Virus record (IMG/VR): IMGVR_UViG_3300014613_004232
Span: 29,836-93,835 of that record
DNA length: 64,000 nucleotides
Source of the DNA: a virus
Strand: one strand, 5' to 3'
The position numbers and the translations under genes were made by a program. Position 1 is the stretch's first letter, and the number at the start of each line of letters is the position of its first letter. The notes beneath the pieces are model-generated. The model was given only the letters and a program-made list of their open reading frames with translations. It made no database searches and was not told the DNA's origin. This document shows, piece by piece, positions 26,183-34,456 of the stretch.

Positions 26183-26356
26183 CCCCGGCTTCCCGGGATC
26201 GTCAAGGGCAGTTCGATGCCAGCGCTTCTCCGCGTTGCCGCGTCGGTTCGATGTCAGGTGCGCTCACACAAAGCAGTGGCTTTCACAACAAAGGGAGGAG
26301 ACTTCAACATGCACGCCCGGCGCTAACCCGGATCGACGCCCCTGCATCGCGTCGCC

Positions 26357-26397
26357 AGTTTGTGAGGGTGTCAAACCGTGGTGCCGAACCGTTTTCC
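26357..26397 (-). promoter_or_regulatory. Putative late promoter of tRNA/ncRNA island
   Basis: TTTCGGAAAACG, 29 nt, CAAACT. Confidence 0.65.
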
Positions 26398-26413
26398 GAA
26401 ATAGACCGCGCCT

Positions 26414-27001
26414 TCAGTAGGCGCTGCCAGGCTGGCCTGGATCGTTGGAGCCGGTGCAGGCGTTGGCGCAGGAGTTCGCCTGAGGGCAGCGCTTGTTCCC
26501 GCAGGTCGGGCACAGCACCATGCGGACCGACCCGATGTCGGCAAGGCTCACCGGCCGACAGGTGTGGCACTGGCCGCACGGCTTCGGCCTGGACGACAGA
26601 AGCCGGAAGGCCTCGGCAGCCACGGCCCCGAAGGTGTCGGCCCGGATCTCTTCGGCTTCCTCGTCCTCGTCCGGTTCTCCCGTGACGTGGCCAACCTCGT
26701 GGGCGAGCATGTGGAGGACGTCACCAGGTGCGGCCGCGGGGTCTGCCCAGGCGTGGATGGTCCGGGTCTCCGTGTCGACGAAGCCCCACATGCCCATTTC
26801 GCGGATGCTGTCCACGACCTGCTCGACGGTCATGGCCTCGTCGTCTCCGTTGGGCGAGGTCACGCCGATCACGGTGGTCGCGGGGAACTCGGCGGCCGTG
26901 ATGCCCTCGGCAAGGCAGGCGGCCTCCCACATGGCGTAGAAGACGTTCTCCGGGGTCGTGTGCCAGACGATGCACAGGGGTTCGATGGGTTCGATGATCA
27001 T
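26414..27001 (-). CDS. HExxH metallopeptidase-like protein with C-terminal Cys-rich Zn finger
   Basis: LAHEVGH; CGQCHTC...CPTCGNKRCP..C.GSNDPGQPGS. Confidence 0.6.
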   Translation of the reverse strand: MIIEPIEPLCIVWHTTPENVFYAMWEAACLAEGITAAEFPATTVIGVTSPNGDDEAMTVEQVVDSIREMGMWGFVDTETRTIHAWADPAAAPGDVLHMLAHEVGHVTGEPDEDEEAEEIRADTFGAVAAEAFRLLSSRPKPCGQCHTCRPVSLADIGSVRMVLCPTCGNKRCPQANSCANACTGSNDPGQPGSAY

Positions 27002-27186
27002 GCTCGTGGTTTCCAGTTGCGGCGGGCCTTGATCCGCCAGAAGAGGCGCCAGCGGCGCGCGTGGTCGTTGCGGGACTTGCAGGCTGTGCCGGTGTGCACC
27101 CGGCCGTCGATCAGCCGTGCGACCCGCCTTGAAGGGATGGGGCGGGCGCGCAGCTTGTCGCCCACCTGCTCATAGGCGCGGCGCAC
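26998..27186 (-). CDS. Small basic hypothetical protein
   Basis: Fills gap between coupled genes. Confidence 0.45.
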   Translation of the reverse strand: MRRAYEQVGDKLRARPIPSRRVARLIDGRVHTGTACKSRNDHARRWRLFWRIKARRNWKPRA

Positions 27187-27187
27187 G

Positions 27188-27445
27188 TCAGCCGGCCGAG
27201 GAGTTGGGCCAGGGCCCGGCCCCGGGCTGCTCCTTGTTCACCACGACGATGCTGCGAGCAACCCGAGGGGTGATGCGGATCGCGCCCTTGCGAGCGAGGG
27301 CCTGCAGGTGGTCCTCGGCGGCGTTGGTCGAGGAGAAGCCCATGGCCTCCGCGATCTCCGAGCGGGTGGGCGCGAAGCCGTGGTTGCCGATGTAGCGCTT
27401 GATCCAGTCGAGGACCTTGGTCTGTGCTTGCGTGAGTGCCTTCAC
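27188..27445 (-). CDS. LexA-like DNA-binding domain only (no peptidase domain)
   Basis: MKALTQAQ..V...I......GFAPTRSEIA..MGF.S.NAAEDHL.ALARKG.I closely follows the LexA N-terminal winged helix. Confidence 0.85.
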   Translation of the reverse strand: MKALTQAQTKVLDWIKRYIGNHGFAPTRSEIAEAMGFSSTNAAEDHLQALARKGAIRITPRVARSIVVVNKEQPGAGPWPNSSAG

Positions 27446-27654
27446 TTCTCGGCTTCCGTGGTGCGTTTGTAGTTGGGGCGCAGCCCGTTCTTGGACAGGC
27501 CGCCCAGGTCGCCTTGGGCACGGCGGACGGCCTCCGGGTCGTCGGACTCAAGGTCGCGCTGGCGCCCTGCCACCCGGGCCTGCCTGATCTTGGCGGCCTT
27601 GAGCATGTCGTCCACCTTGAGGACCGGGACGTAGTTCTTGCTGAATGCGTTCAT
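27442..27654 (-). CDS. Hypothetical protein
   Basis: Overlapping start/stop coupling. Confidence 0.6.
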   Translation of the reverse strand: MNAFSKNYVPVLKVDDMLKAAKIRQARVAGRQRDLESDDPEAVRRAQGDLGGLSKNGLRPNYKRTTEAEK

Positions 27655-28754
27655 GGAGTGGTTCCTGGGAAGCCGTCATGTTGCGCGCCAGCCAGCAGGC
27701 GGCCGGCGGCCTTCTTCCCGATTCGGAAGCAGGTCATGGCCTCTGCGCCCTGGCGGTACGCCATCGGCTCGGTCACACCATGGACTGAGCCGTCCAGGTG
27801 AAGCACCACCCCGTCCACCGTGCAACGACGCCCATAGATGTCGTCCAGGTTGGACTGATCCTCATGAGGCTTTGCCTTCACGTTGGAGACAAAGAGGCTG
27901 GTGTGCTCGGCCTCGTCCATCTGGCCAATGGGCTTCCACTCGCCCCACTGCTTGAACAGGAATGGGACGCCCGCAGCCGCGCACTGATCGCGCAGGGACT
28001 GAGCCCAGTCCGGGTGCATGGGGCGCGCGCCAGGGCCGCTCTCGCCGCCCGCGATGACCCAGTCCAGCGGCTGGGCCTCCTTCTTTCTGGGGCCGTTGTC
28101 CCACTTCCAGACACCGGTGAGGGCGTCGGCCTTCGCAGCAAAGAGGTGAGGCGTTACGCGAGTCAGGTCTACCGGCCCCAGCAGCGGCTCCATGCTCAGG
28201 AAGCGGACGCGCGCGGGGACATCGAGCAGTTTCGGAATATCACGGTTCGCCTCGGCCTGGCTGGTGATGGTGGCGCCGATCCAGACGTTGGGCCAGGGAG
28301 CATCGGTCGTCCATAGCGCGAGCTCGCTGTTGTTGAACTCCACCGTCGCGGCGGCCTCGGCAATCATGTGCCGTGCGTTGCCAATGCGCTTTGTCAGCAG
28401 CAGCCAGTCGAGGTCCGGCGTCTTTGCGATCAGGCTGAAGAGGTCGGCCCGCCATTGGCTGGGCACCTGGTTGTCGAACACGTCCGCCAGGCTGGCGCAG
28501 AAGACGCGTTGCCGGCGGCCGTGCTGGGCCATGAACTCGGCGGCGCGCTTCTGCCACTTCTCGGGCTTGTCCCAGGTGTCTTTGCCCGTGCGGCGCCGGG
28601 GTGCCCCTGGGCCCCAGTTGGGCGCCTGGCCGCCACCGAAGCGAGCGTTGCGCGTCTCGGCATAGCAGTTGTCGCAGCCTGGGCCCACCTTCTGGCAGCC
28701 CTCCCAGGGATTGAAGGTGTGGTCGCACCACTCGATGTTGGTGTTCTCGCTCAT
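27651..28754 (-). CDS. DUF5131 (phage Gp37/Gp68) family protein
   Basis: IEWCDHTFNPWEGC.KV.PGCDNCYA, LLLTKR, RFLSMEPLLG, WVIAGGESG.GARPM, FKQWG. Confidence 0.9.
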   Translation of the reverse strand: MSENTNIEWCDHTFNPWEGCQKVGPGCDNCYAETRNARFGGGQAPNWGPGAPRRRTGKDTWDKPEKWQKRAAEFMAQHGRRQRVFCASLADVFDNQVPSQWRADLFSLIAKTPDLDWLLLTKRIGNARHMIAEAAATVEFNNSELALWTTDAPWPNVWIGATITSQAEANRDIPKLLDVPARVRFLSMEPLLGPVDLTRVTPHLFAAKADALTGVWKWDNGPRKKEAQPLDWVIAGGESGPGARPMHPDWAQSLRDQCAAAGVPFLFKQWGEWKPIGQMDEAEHTSLFVSNVKAKPHEDQSNLDDIYGRRCTVDGVVLHLDGSVHGVTEPMAYRQGAEAMTCFRIGKKAAGRLLAGAQHDGFPGTTP

Positions 28755-29269
28755 GCCAAGGCCCCCTTGCCTGCCCGCGCCTGATCGTGGGCGATCACCA
28801 AGAGTCGCGGGTCGGCGTTGGTGAGCACATCCAGAAGCAGGCGCTTCTCTTCCAGGTAGACCCGGGCAAACTTCGGGTCGTGCTTGACGATGCTGCTGGT
28901 GTTGCTGATCAGGTCAGCCACCTTGATGTTCTGGACCCACCAAGGGGCAGATGCCAGACGCTTGCGGCTCGCTGCCTTGCGCTCGGCCCGGTTCCCCACC
29001 TCCAGGTCGGAGAGGGCGAGCACGCCGGCCTGAACTTCAGGACCGAAACGGCGGCACACCTCTGCAGGGGTCACGTCCTGGTCCTCGATGCAGTCGTGCA
29101 GCCAGGCGGTCGCGATGATGGTTTGGCTGAACTCGGTGTAACCCGACACGGTGGCCACGACGCCTGCCACCTCGGCGAGGTGATCAGCGTAAGGGTTGCC
29201 GGTGTACTTGCGCGCCTGGCCGGCGTGCACCTCGCGGGCGAAATGCATTGCTTCGAAGGCAAGGCTCAT
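28751..29269 (-). CDS. HD-domain hydrolase, small alarmone hydrolase/MESH1-like
   Basis: HAGQARKYTGNPYADH...WLHDCIED...FG.EV...KVAD.ISN. Confidence 0.8.
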   Translation of the reverse strand: MSLAFEAMHFAREVHAGQARKYTGNPYADHLAEVAGVVATVSGYTEFSQTIIATAWLHDCIEDQDVTPAEVCRRFGPEVQAGVLALSDLEVGNRAERKAASRKRLASAPWWVQNIKVADLISNTSSIVKHDPKFARVYLEEKRLLLDVLTNADPRLLVIAHDQARAGKGALA

Positions 29270-29490
29270 GGCGCGACCTCCGCATCCTTGTGCAGTTCGT
29301 AGCCGCCGCGCTTGCCGTTGAAGCGCTTCAGGCTCGCCTTGGTAGAGCGAGAACCTGCGTGCCCACCGCTGCGAGCCGCCAGCATGATGGTGGCCTTCTG
29401 CTCCTGATCATTGACGCCAATGACCTCGACGTAGCGATCAAAGCGAGGATCCACCTCTTTCCAGATTTGCCCGACCTTGACCGTGCTCAT
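29266..29490 (-). CDS. Hypothetical protein
   Basis: Coupled ORF (VKVGQIW...DPR). Confidence 0.65.
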   Translation of the reverse strand: MSTVKVGQIWKEVDPRFDRYVEVIGVNDQEQKATIMLAARSGGHAGSRSTKASLKRFNGKRGGYELHKDAEVAP

Positions 29491-29750
29491 TTGTCACCGC
29501 CCTTCTTGCCGGTGAAGGACATGGCCTCCAGTTTCGCGATTTGCTTCTTCAGGCTGGCGATCTTGGCGAGGCGCTTCTTCTCGGCCGCCTGCTTGGCTTC
29601 GGCTTCGGTCTCGTGGGCATCCCGGCCCAACTTGAAACCTGAGCAGTAGCCACTCGGGAAAACGTAGCCGTAATCGCTCACTTTGCCGTCCCAATCTGCG
29701 GCCTTGATGCCGTAGGTCAGGGCGTACTTGCTGATCCACAGCGATTTCAT
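29487..29750 (-). CDS. Hypothetical protein
   Basis: Coupled ORF, C-terminal coiled coil. Confidence 0.65.
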   Translation of the reverse strand: MKSLWISKYALTYGIKAADWDGKVSDYGYVFPSGYCSGFKLGRDAHETEAEAKQAAEKKRLAKIASLKKQIAKLEAMSFTGKKGGDK

Positions 29751-30475
29751 GCTGCTGCTCCTTGAGTTTTGTCGATGAGGGGGCGGACGTCCTTCAACAT
29801 CCGGGCGTTGAGGTAGCCGTCTGCCGACCTGACGCGGACGAACACGCGGTGCAGCGAGTCACTGCCGCCCAGGTCCTTCCACACGTAGTAGCCCACCACG
29901 GTGTGCGCCACCCAGCGCTCGGAGCGGCCGAGGTGGATCAGGACCTTGTCGCCCACCTGGGGCAGCACGTCGCCATAGACCGGTTCGAGGCCCAACTGGC
30001 CCACGGCCTCGCAGACCTCCTGCAGGTGCTCGAACTCGTCGGCCAGGCCATCCAGGTACGGGCCCACGATGGAGAGCTCGTACTGGCGGTTCTCGGAGTA
30101 GCTGCCGCCACCGATGCTGTCGCGCGCCCGCTCGATCACCTCGTGCCAGCCAAAGGGGATGGCCTTCTTCTCCTCGGGCTGATCAGGCTTGATGGGCTTC
30201 GGTGATTGACTCGCCGTCTGGAAGATCCGGACGAGTTCGTCGATGGCCTCGGCCGAGGCTGAGGCGTCCCACTTCAAGTGGTTGCGCCCGTACACCACCC
30301 ACAGGGCGAGGTTCATGGGCAGCAGGCCCCAGGCAGACGTCGACACGATCCAAACCAGCCACAGCGCCTGGTTGACCAAACCAACGGCCCAGGCCTTCGG
30401 GTGCTTGTTCCCGGCCATGAGCGTCATCCAGATGGTGACGGCCGAGAGGAGGAACGGGAGGTACTGGGCGATCAT
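29747..30475 (-). CDS. Protein with N-terminal 3-TM PnuC-like segment fused to a soluble domain
   Basis: Hydrophobic Trp-rich first 70 aa (AWAVGLVNQALWLVW). Confidence 0.55.
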   Translation of the reverse strand: MIAQYLPFLLSAVTIWMTLMAGNKHPKAWAVGLVNQALWLVWIVSTSAWGLLPMNLALWVVYGRNHLKWDASASAEAIDELVRIFQTASQSPKPIKPDQPEEKKAIPFGWHEVIERARDSIGGGSYSENRQYELSIVGPYLDGLADEFEHLQEVCEAVGQLGLEPVYGDVLPQVGDKVLIHLGRSERWVAHTVVGYYVWKDLGGSDSLHRVFVRVRSADGYLNARMLKDVRPLIDKTQGAAA

Positions 30476-30909
30476 GCTTCACCGCCCTTCTTGCTTGGCT
30501 GGAACTCCTTCGGCACGCCGCGCAACTCGCGTTTGCTTGACAGGAAGGTAGGTGCCTTCTCTGACTGGACATACCGAACCCCGCTGACGCTGACTATGAG
30601 CTTGAATCGGAAGGTGTGATTTCCATCTTCACCAACGCGGCGAACGACCAGCACACCGGTCGGCGTCTTACGCACGATGACGACTTCGCAGTCAATTGAG
30701 ACGCGCCCGGTTCTCCACTCCAGGGTCACCATGCGGCACTTGGGCAGGCCAGCATCGGCGGCAACACGTGCGGCTCTCACGGTGCCAATTGCCTCGACGA
30801 GTTCACGCTCCAGACGCTTGACTGCCTCTTGAGCCGAACTGAGTTCTTGAGCCTTGGCAAGTCGTGCAGCTTCAGCAGCGACGACCTCAGGTGGCAATTT
30901 GCTCTTCAT
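30472..30909 (-). CDS. Hypothetical protein
   Basis: Coupled ORF. Confidence 0.6.
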   Translation of the reverse strand: MKSKLPPEVVAAEAARLAKAQELSSAQEAVKRLERELVEAIGTVRAARVAADAGLPKCRMVTLEWRTGRVSIDCEVVIVRKTPTGVLVVRRVGEDGNHTFRFKLIVSVSGVRYVQSEKAPTFLSSKRELRGVPKEFQPSKKGGEA

Positions 30910-31322
30910 GCAGCACCGCCCTTCGATTCGGCAACCTGCCCGCTCGCCGTCTTCAGGCCCAACGCCTTCAGGACGGCCTCCACCACGAACACACCATGGT
31001 CACCGGTCGGGTCTTCACTGAATGCCTGCAGGGCCTCGTGCACCTTGGGCTGGTCAGCGATGGCTTCCATGTCGAACCAGGTGTGCACCTTCGTGACGGA
31101 TGGGGGCAGCAGGTCCAGCACGGCGGAGGCGATCTCATCGACGCGCGACGCTTGATCAGCCACGCGGACGAAATCATCGGCGTGCATGGTCCCGATCTGC
31201 CATGCAGCCCAAACGCGCATGCAGTCATAGGCATCGCCCAGGGACTCCTGCACGGCCTCCCAGACGGCAGTGCTCAAGGCCTCATCGCGGGGGCTGGATT
31301 CAGGTGTGGTGGTGTCGCTCAT
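30906..31322 (-). CDS. Hypothetical protein
   Basis: Coupled ORF (YDCMRVWAAWQIGTM). Confidence 0.6.
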   Translation of the reverse strand: MSDTTTPESSPRDEALSTAVWEAVQESLGDAYDCMRVWAAWQIGTMHADDFVRVADQASRVDEIASAVLDLLPPSVTKVHTWFDMEAIADQPKVHEALQAFSEDPTGDHGVFVVEAVLKALGLKTASGQVAESKGGAA

Positions 31323-32578
31323 GTCGTGCTTTCGAAGTAAGGGCTGACGCTGAATCCAGCGCAGCGGTTGAAACGGGTGGAGGAGCCCGAGAGGTATTCG
31401 CCCATGAGCTCGGAGCCGAGCCAGCGCCGGCCGTTGGCCTCGGCCGCCGCAGCGGTAGTGCCCCAGCCGTGGAACGGGTCGACGACCAGGGCGCCCTCGG
31501 GGCTCAGGTAGCGGACGAGGAAGTCGGCCAGGCCCAGGGGCATCGCCGCGCCGTGCACCGGCAGGCCGGCGGCGCGGGCTGCCTCCCTGGCCCGTTTGAG
31601 GTCAGAGTCCCCGGCCGCCTGGGCGAACTGCAGGACGTTGCGCGGGATCCGCCCGGCCGTGGGTGCACCGTAGGAGCCGGGGCGCAGGGTGTAGGCGCCG
31701 TCGTTGCGCGCGCTCGATCGCTGCACACCGCCCTGCTGGATCAGACGCAGGTGGCGCGCGGTGTGCTCTTCGAGGACGCGGCGGTTGTCCGCCAAGCAGG
31801 CGCGCGGGTCGTTGGTGAAGACGTAGACCGGCTCCCATGCGACGTTGAGTTGCATGCGCTCCTTCGACGCCCACGCGACCGGGCCCGGCGGCTTGGTCGG
31901 GTTGTGCCAGACCAACTCGTCCATCTTGTGCAGGCCCAGGCGGTCGCACATGGCGATGACCAGGCGCTCCCGGTAGGTCGAGCGCGACGGCATGCCTGGC
32001 TCGAAGATGTCGTTGCTGACGTTGAGCGCGATGGTCCCGCCTGGCACCAGGTGGCGCGCGATCGGCTCCAGTTGCTCGCACAGCCAGTCCACGTAGGCGG
32101 CCAGGGGCACATTGCCGTAGGCGCGAGGCTTGGCCAGCGGGTACGGGGGGCTCGTCAGGCAGAGGGTGATGGGCTCATCGAGGGCGCCGAAGACGTCCGC
32201 GCAGGAGCCCCACAGGGCCACGCCCAGGTCGGTCGAGTACGCGACCATCACGGCGCGTGGCTGCTGGGGCGTCAGCGCCTGGCGCGCGCCCGAGGTCAGT
32301 TGCCACTCGCCACGGCGGCCCGGTACCGGCTCAAGCCAGCCTTTGGCCTTGAGGGTCTGTTGGTGCCAACGCACCCGGCGCGCGGCCGTGCTGTGCGCCT
32401 GGCCGGTGCGGCCGATGGGCTGGCGGCTCAGGAACTCGGTGACCGGCTGCCCGGCCCGACGCGCGGCGGCCTGATACAGCCCTCCATTCGAGAGGCGCCC
32501 CTCCTCGGTTCCGGCGTATGCCTTCACCACCTCGCGCAGGCTGTCCGGCAGGTCATCCAGCAAGGGGAGTTGCTGCAT
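31319..32578 (-). CDS. Beta-class N4-cytosine/N6-adenine DNA methyltransferase with N-terminal winged helix
   Basis: LTSPPY (motif IV) precedes VVDPFHGWGTT (motif I); HGAAMP. Confidence 0.9.
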   Translation of the reverse strand: MQQLPLLDDLPDSLREVVKAYAGTEEGRLSNGGLYQAAARRAGQPVTEFLSRQPIGRTGQAHSTAARRVRWHQQTLKAKGWLEPVPGRRGEWQLTSGARQALTPQQPRAVMVAYSTDLGVALWGSCADVFGALDEPITLCLTSPPYPLAKPRAYGNVPLAAYVDWLCEQLEPIARHLVPGGTIALNVSNDIFEPGMPSRSTYRERLVIAMCDRLGLHKMDELVWHNPTKPPGPVAWASKERMQLNVAWEPVYVFTNDPRACLADNRRVLEEHTARHLRLIQQGGVQRSSARNDGAYTLRPGSYGAPTAGRIPRNVLQFAQAAGDSDLKRAREAARAAGLPVHGAAMPLGLADFLVRYLSPEGALVVDPFHGWGTTAAAAEANGRRWLGSELMGEYLSGSSTRFNRCAGFSVSPYFESTT

Positions 32579-32581
32579 GGA

Positions 32582-32812
32582 TCAGCCCCCGAACGACGCC
32601 ACGAACTGGGCCATGGCCTGCAGGTCCTGGAGCTCCGCGAACATCACCGCCGGCCACAGCGCGCCGGCGACGAGGCAGGCCAGCGCCTGGGGGATGGCGT
32701 CGACAGACCAGTGCATGTCGCCCATCCAGATCAGCACGGCCATGAACGCGCCGAAAACGACGGCGCCGATGGCGACGTAGGCAGTCAGCAAGCCAGAGAG
32801 GAAGTCCTTCAC
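32582..32812 (-). CDS. Small 2-TM membrane protein
   Basis: AGGAG RBS, two hydrophobic helices. Confidence 0.6.
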   Translation of the reverse strand: MKDFLSGLLTAYVAIGAVVFGAFMAVLIWMGDMHWSVDAIPQALACLVAGALWPAVMFAELQDLQAMAQFVASFGG

Positions 32813-32863
32813 GATGTCTCCTGTTGAGGTTGAGAGAGGGAATGCAGCGGCTCAACGGGGGCG

Positions 32864-32927
32864 ACTTTCTCGCCCTCGCTGTATGTCCGTTCAGTGCGTT
32901 TTCCGAATCGGCTGGATGGCCGTTCAG
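32864..32927 (-). promoter_or_regulatory. Late-type promoter with two LexA-type boxes
   Basis: ATTCGGAAAACG, 29 nt, GAAAGT; CTGTATGTCCGTTCAG (32879-32894) and CTGGATGGCCGTTCAG (32912-32927). Confidence 0.6.
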
Positions 32928-32937
32928 TGGTTTGGCG

Positions 32938-33447
32938 TCAATCGCTGACGCCGAGGTAGTCGCGCCAGTGCACCTTGCGGCCGCCCACCAGGAAGCCCCA
33001 GGGGTTGATGCGCCGGCCCATGATGAAGAGGGTCCAGACGCCACCGTCCTTGCTCACCGAGGCGATGCGGTGAAACGTCTGCGCCGTCGCGGCGACCGTG
33101 TCACCTGGGATGCGCGAACGCCTGACACTGAAGATGTCCTCTTCGACGTAGCAGCCACGGAGGATGATCGTGCGGTAGTTGAAGGGGTTGTCGTGTAGGT
33201 CCCGGTCGTGGTCCGGCAGGCATATGTGGTGCACACGCACGGAGAACGGCATCCAGGACTTGGGCATCAGGTGCCCGCGTTCGTCTGCCTTGAGGGTCCA
33301 CCGGGGCATCAGCCACCAGCGGCGCATGTAGACGCCCTCCTCCCCGGCGATGTGGAAGTACGGCGTGCGCTGGGCCCTGGCGATGAGCCAATCCACCAGT
33401 CGGGGGCGGGCAGCGATGAAGCGGGCGATTGCGGTCCAGGACATCAC
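32938..33447 (-). CDS. Cupin-fold (double-stranded beta-helix) protein
   Basis: VHHI..PD.DRDLHD.P, FHRI, WTLFI.G. Confidence 0.65.
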   Translation of the reverse strand: MMSWTAIARFIAARPRLVDWLIARAQRTPYFHIAGEEGVYMRRWWLMPRWTLKADERGHLMPKSWMPFSVRVHHICLPDHDRDLHDNPFNYRTIILRGCYVEEDIFSVRRSRIPGDTVAATAQTFHRIASVSKDGGVWTLFIMGRRINPWGFLVGGRKVHWRDYLGVSD

Positions 33448-33710
33448 GCCTCCGTGTTCCAGTGGGCCAAGTGCGGCCGGGTGGTCTCGATCCGCACGCC
33501 GTGGTGATCAGCCACCAGGGTTTGCGAGCCTCCGAAGCGGCGCTGGAGTCGGTCCGCGATGTCTTCGTGGAACCCCTTCTGGATGTCCTCGACCTCCTTG
33601 AGGATGTCCTCCACCGGGATCACGGCCCCGGTGTTGATGGTGAGGTCGAACTCGACGCGGATGCCATTGGCCGGGCACTTCGCGAAGAACTTGGTCTTGT
33701 AGGTGTTCAC
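33444..33710 (-). CDS. QueF-like (T-fold) protein
   Basis: N-terminal CP (KCPANG) and FHE (GFHEDIAD) motifs, 88 aa; adjacent to TGT-like gene. Confidence 0.55.
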   Translation of the reverse strand: MNTYKTKFFAKCPANGIRVEFDLTINTGAVIPVEDILKEVEDIQKGFHEDIADRLQRRFGGSQTLVADHHGVRIETTRPHLAHWNTEA

Positions 33711-34456
33711 AGCAGCACCGCCTGTTCTTGCATGGTTTCAACGCGGTTGAAGTCGAAAGCGGGAGGCGCGTTGTGGGCCTCGATTCGGCCGCGCATCACC
33801 TGGGCGCGCGCCGGCTTTCCGATGGGGAGGTAGCGGCCGTTCTTCCACTGGGCGTCGATGCCCACGTTGCGGCCGATGTTGGTGGAGTCCGCACTGGCGA
33901 AGGGGAAGCGGGTGAAGACCGCCGGATCCAGCATGCGCAAGCCGTGCAGCTTGCAGGCCGGACGGCCGGTGTCGTCACACAGGACCCGCATGGCCTCGTA
34001 CATGCGCGCCCACCACTCGACGGTTCCGACCTGGGCGAACTCCCCAGAGGACCCGAGGCACACGCGCGGCCACTCCCGGGACAGACGCTCCAAGCGCTCC
34101 AGGCTCTCGTGCAGGTGCCACACGGGGGCGCCGAACCAGCGCGGCAGCGGCCACTCGGCCAGTAGGGCGTCGTTCGCCGCCTCGTCGCCATCGATGACGT
34201 CTGGCACCACGGCGAAGTCGCAATGCGGGAAGCGGCGGCAGTCCTCCGCCCATGCGTAGAAGGGAGTCCAGTCGGTGATCGGGTTGCCAGACCTCCAGGC
34301 CGTGAAGGCCCCGTTGTCGATGGCAAAGGACTGGCTGACCTCGACGGCCAGGCGAAGCTGCTCGGGGTGCCGGAAGGACACGAAAGCGTGCCCGCCCTTG
34401 ATCGCCTCGATGGCGGCCGTCTCGGGGGTGATGGGGAGACCGTGGTAATGGATCAT
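33707..34456 (-). CDS. TGT/DpdA-like guanine transglycosylase
   Basis: ATG 34456; IDNGAF (DSGGF equivalent), PDVI, PVWH, LHGLR, SADST. Confidence 0.6.
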   Translation of the reverse strand: MIHYHGLPITPETAAIEAIKGGHAFVSFRHPEQLRLAVEVSQSFAIDNGAFTAWRSGNPITDWTPFYAWAEDCRRFPHCDFAVVPDVIDGDEAANDALLAEWPLPRWFGAPVWHLHESLERLERLSREWPRVCLGSSGEFAQVGTVEWWARMYEAMRVLCDDTGRPACKLHGLRMLDPAVFTRFPFASADSTNIGRNVGIDAQWKNGRYLPIGKPARAQVMRGRIEAHNAPPAFDFNRVETMQEQAVLL

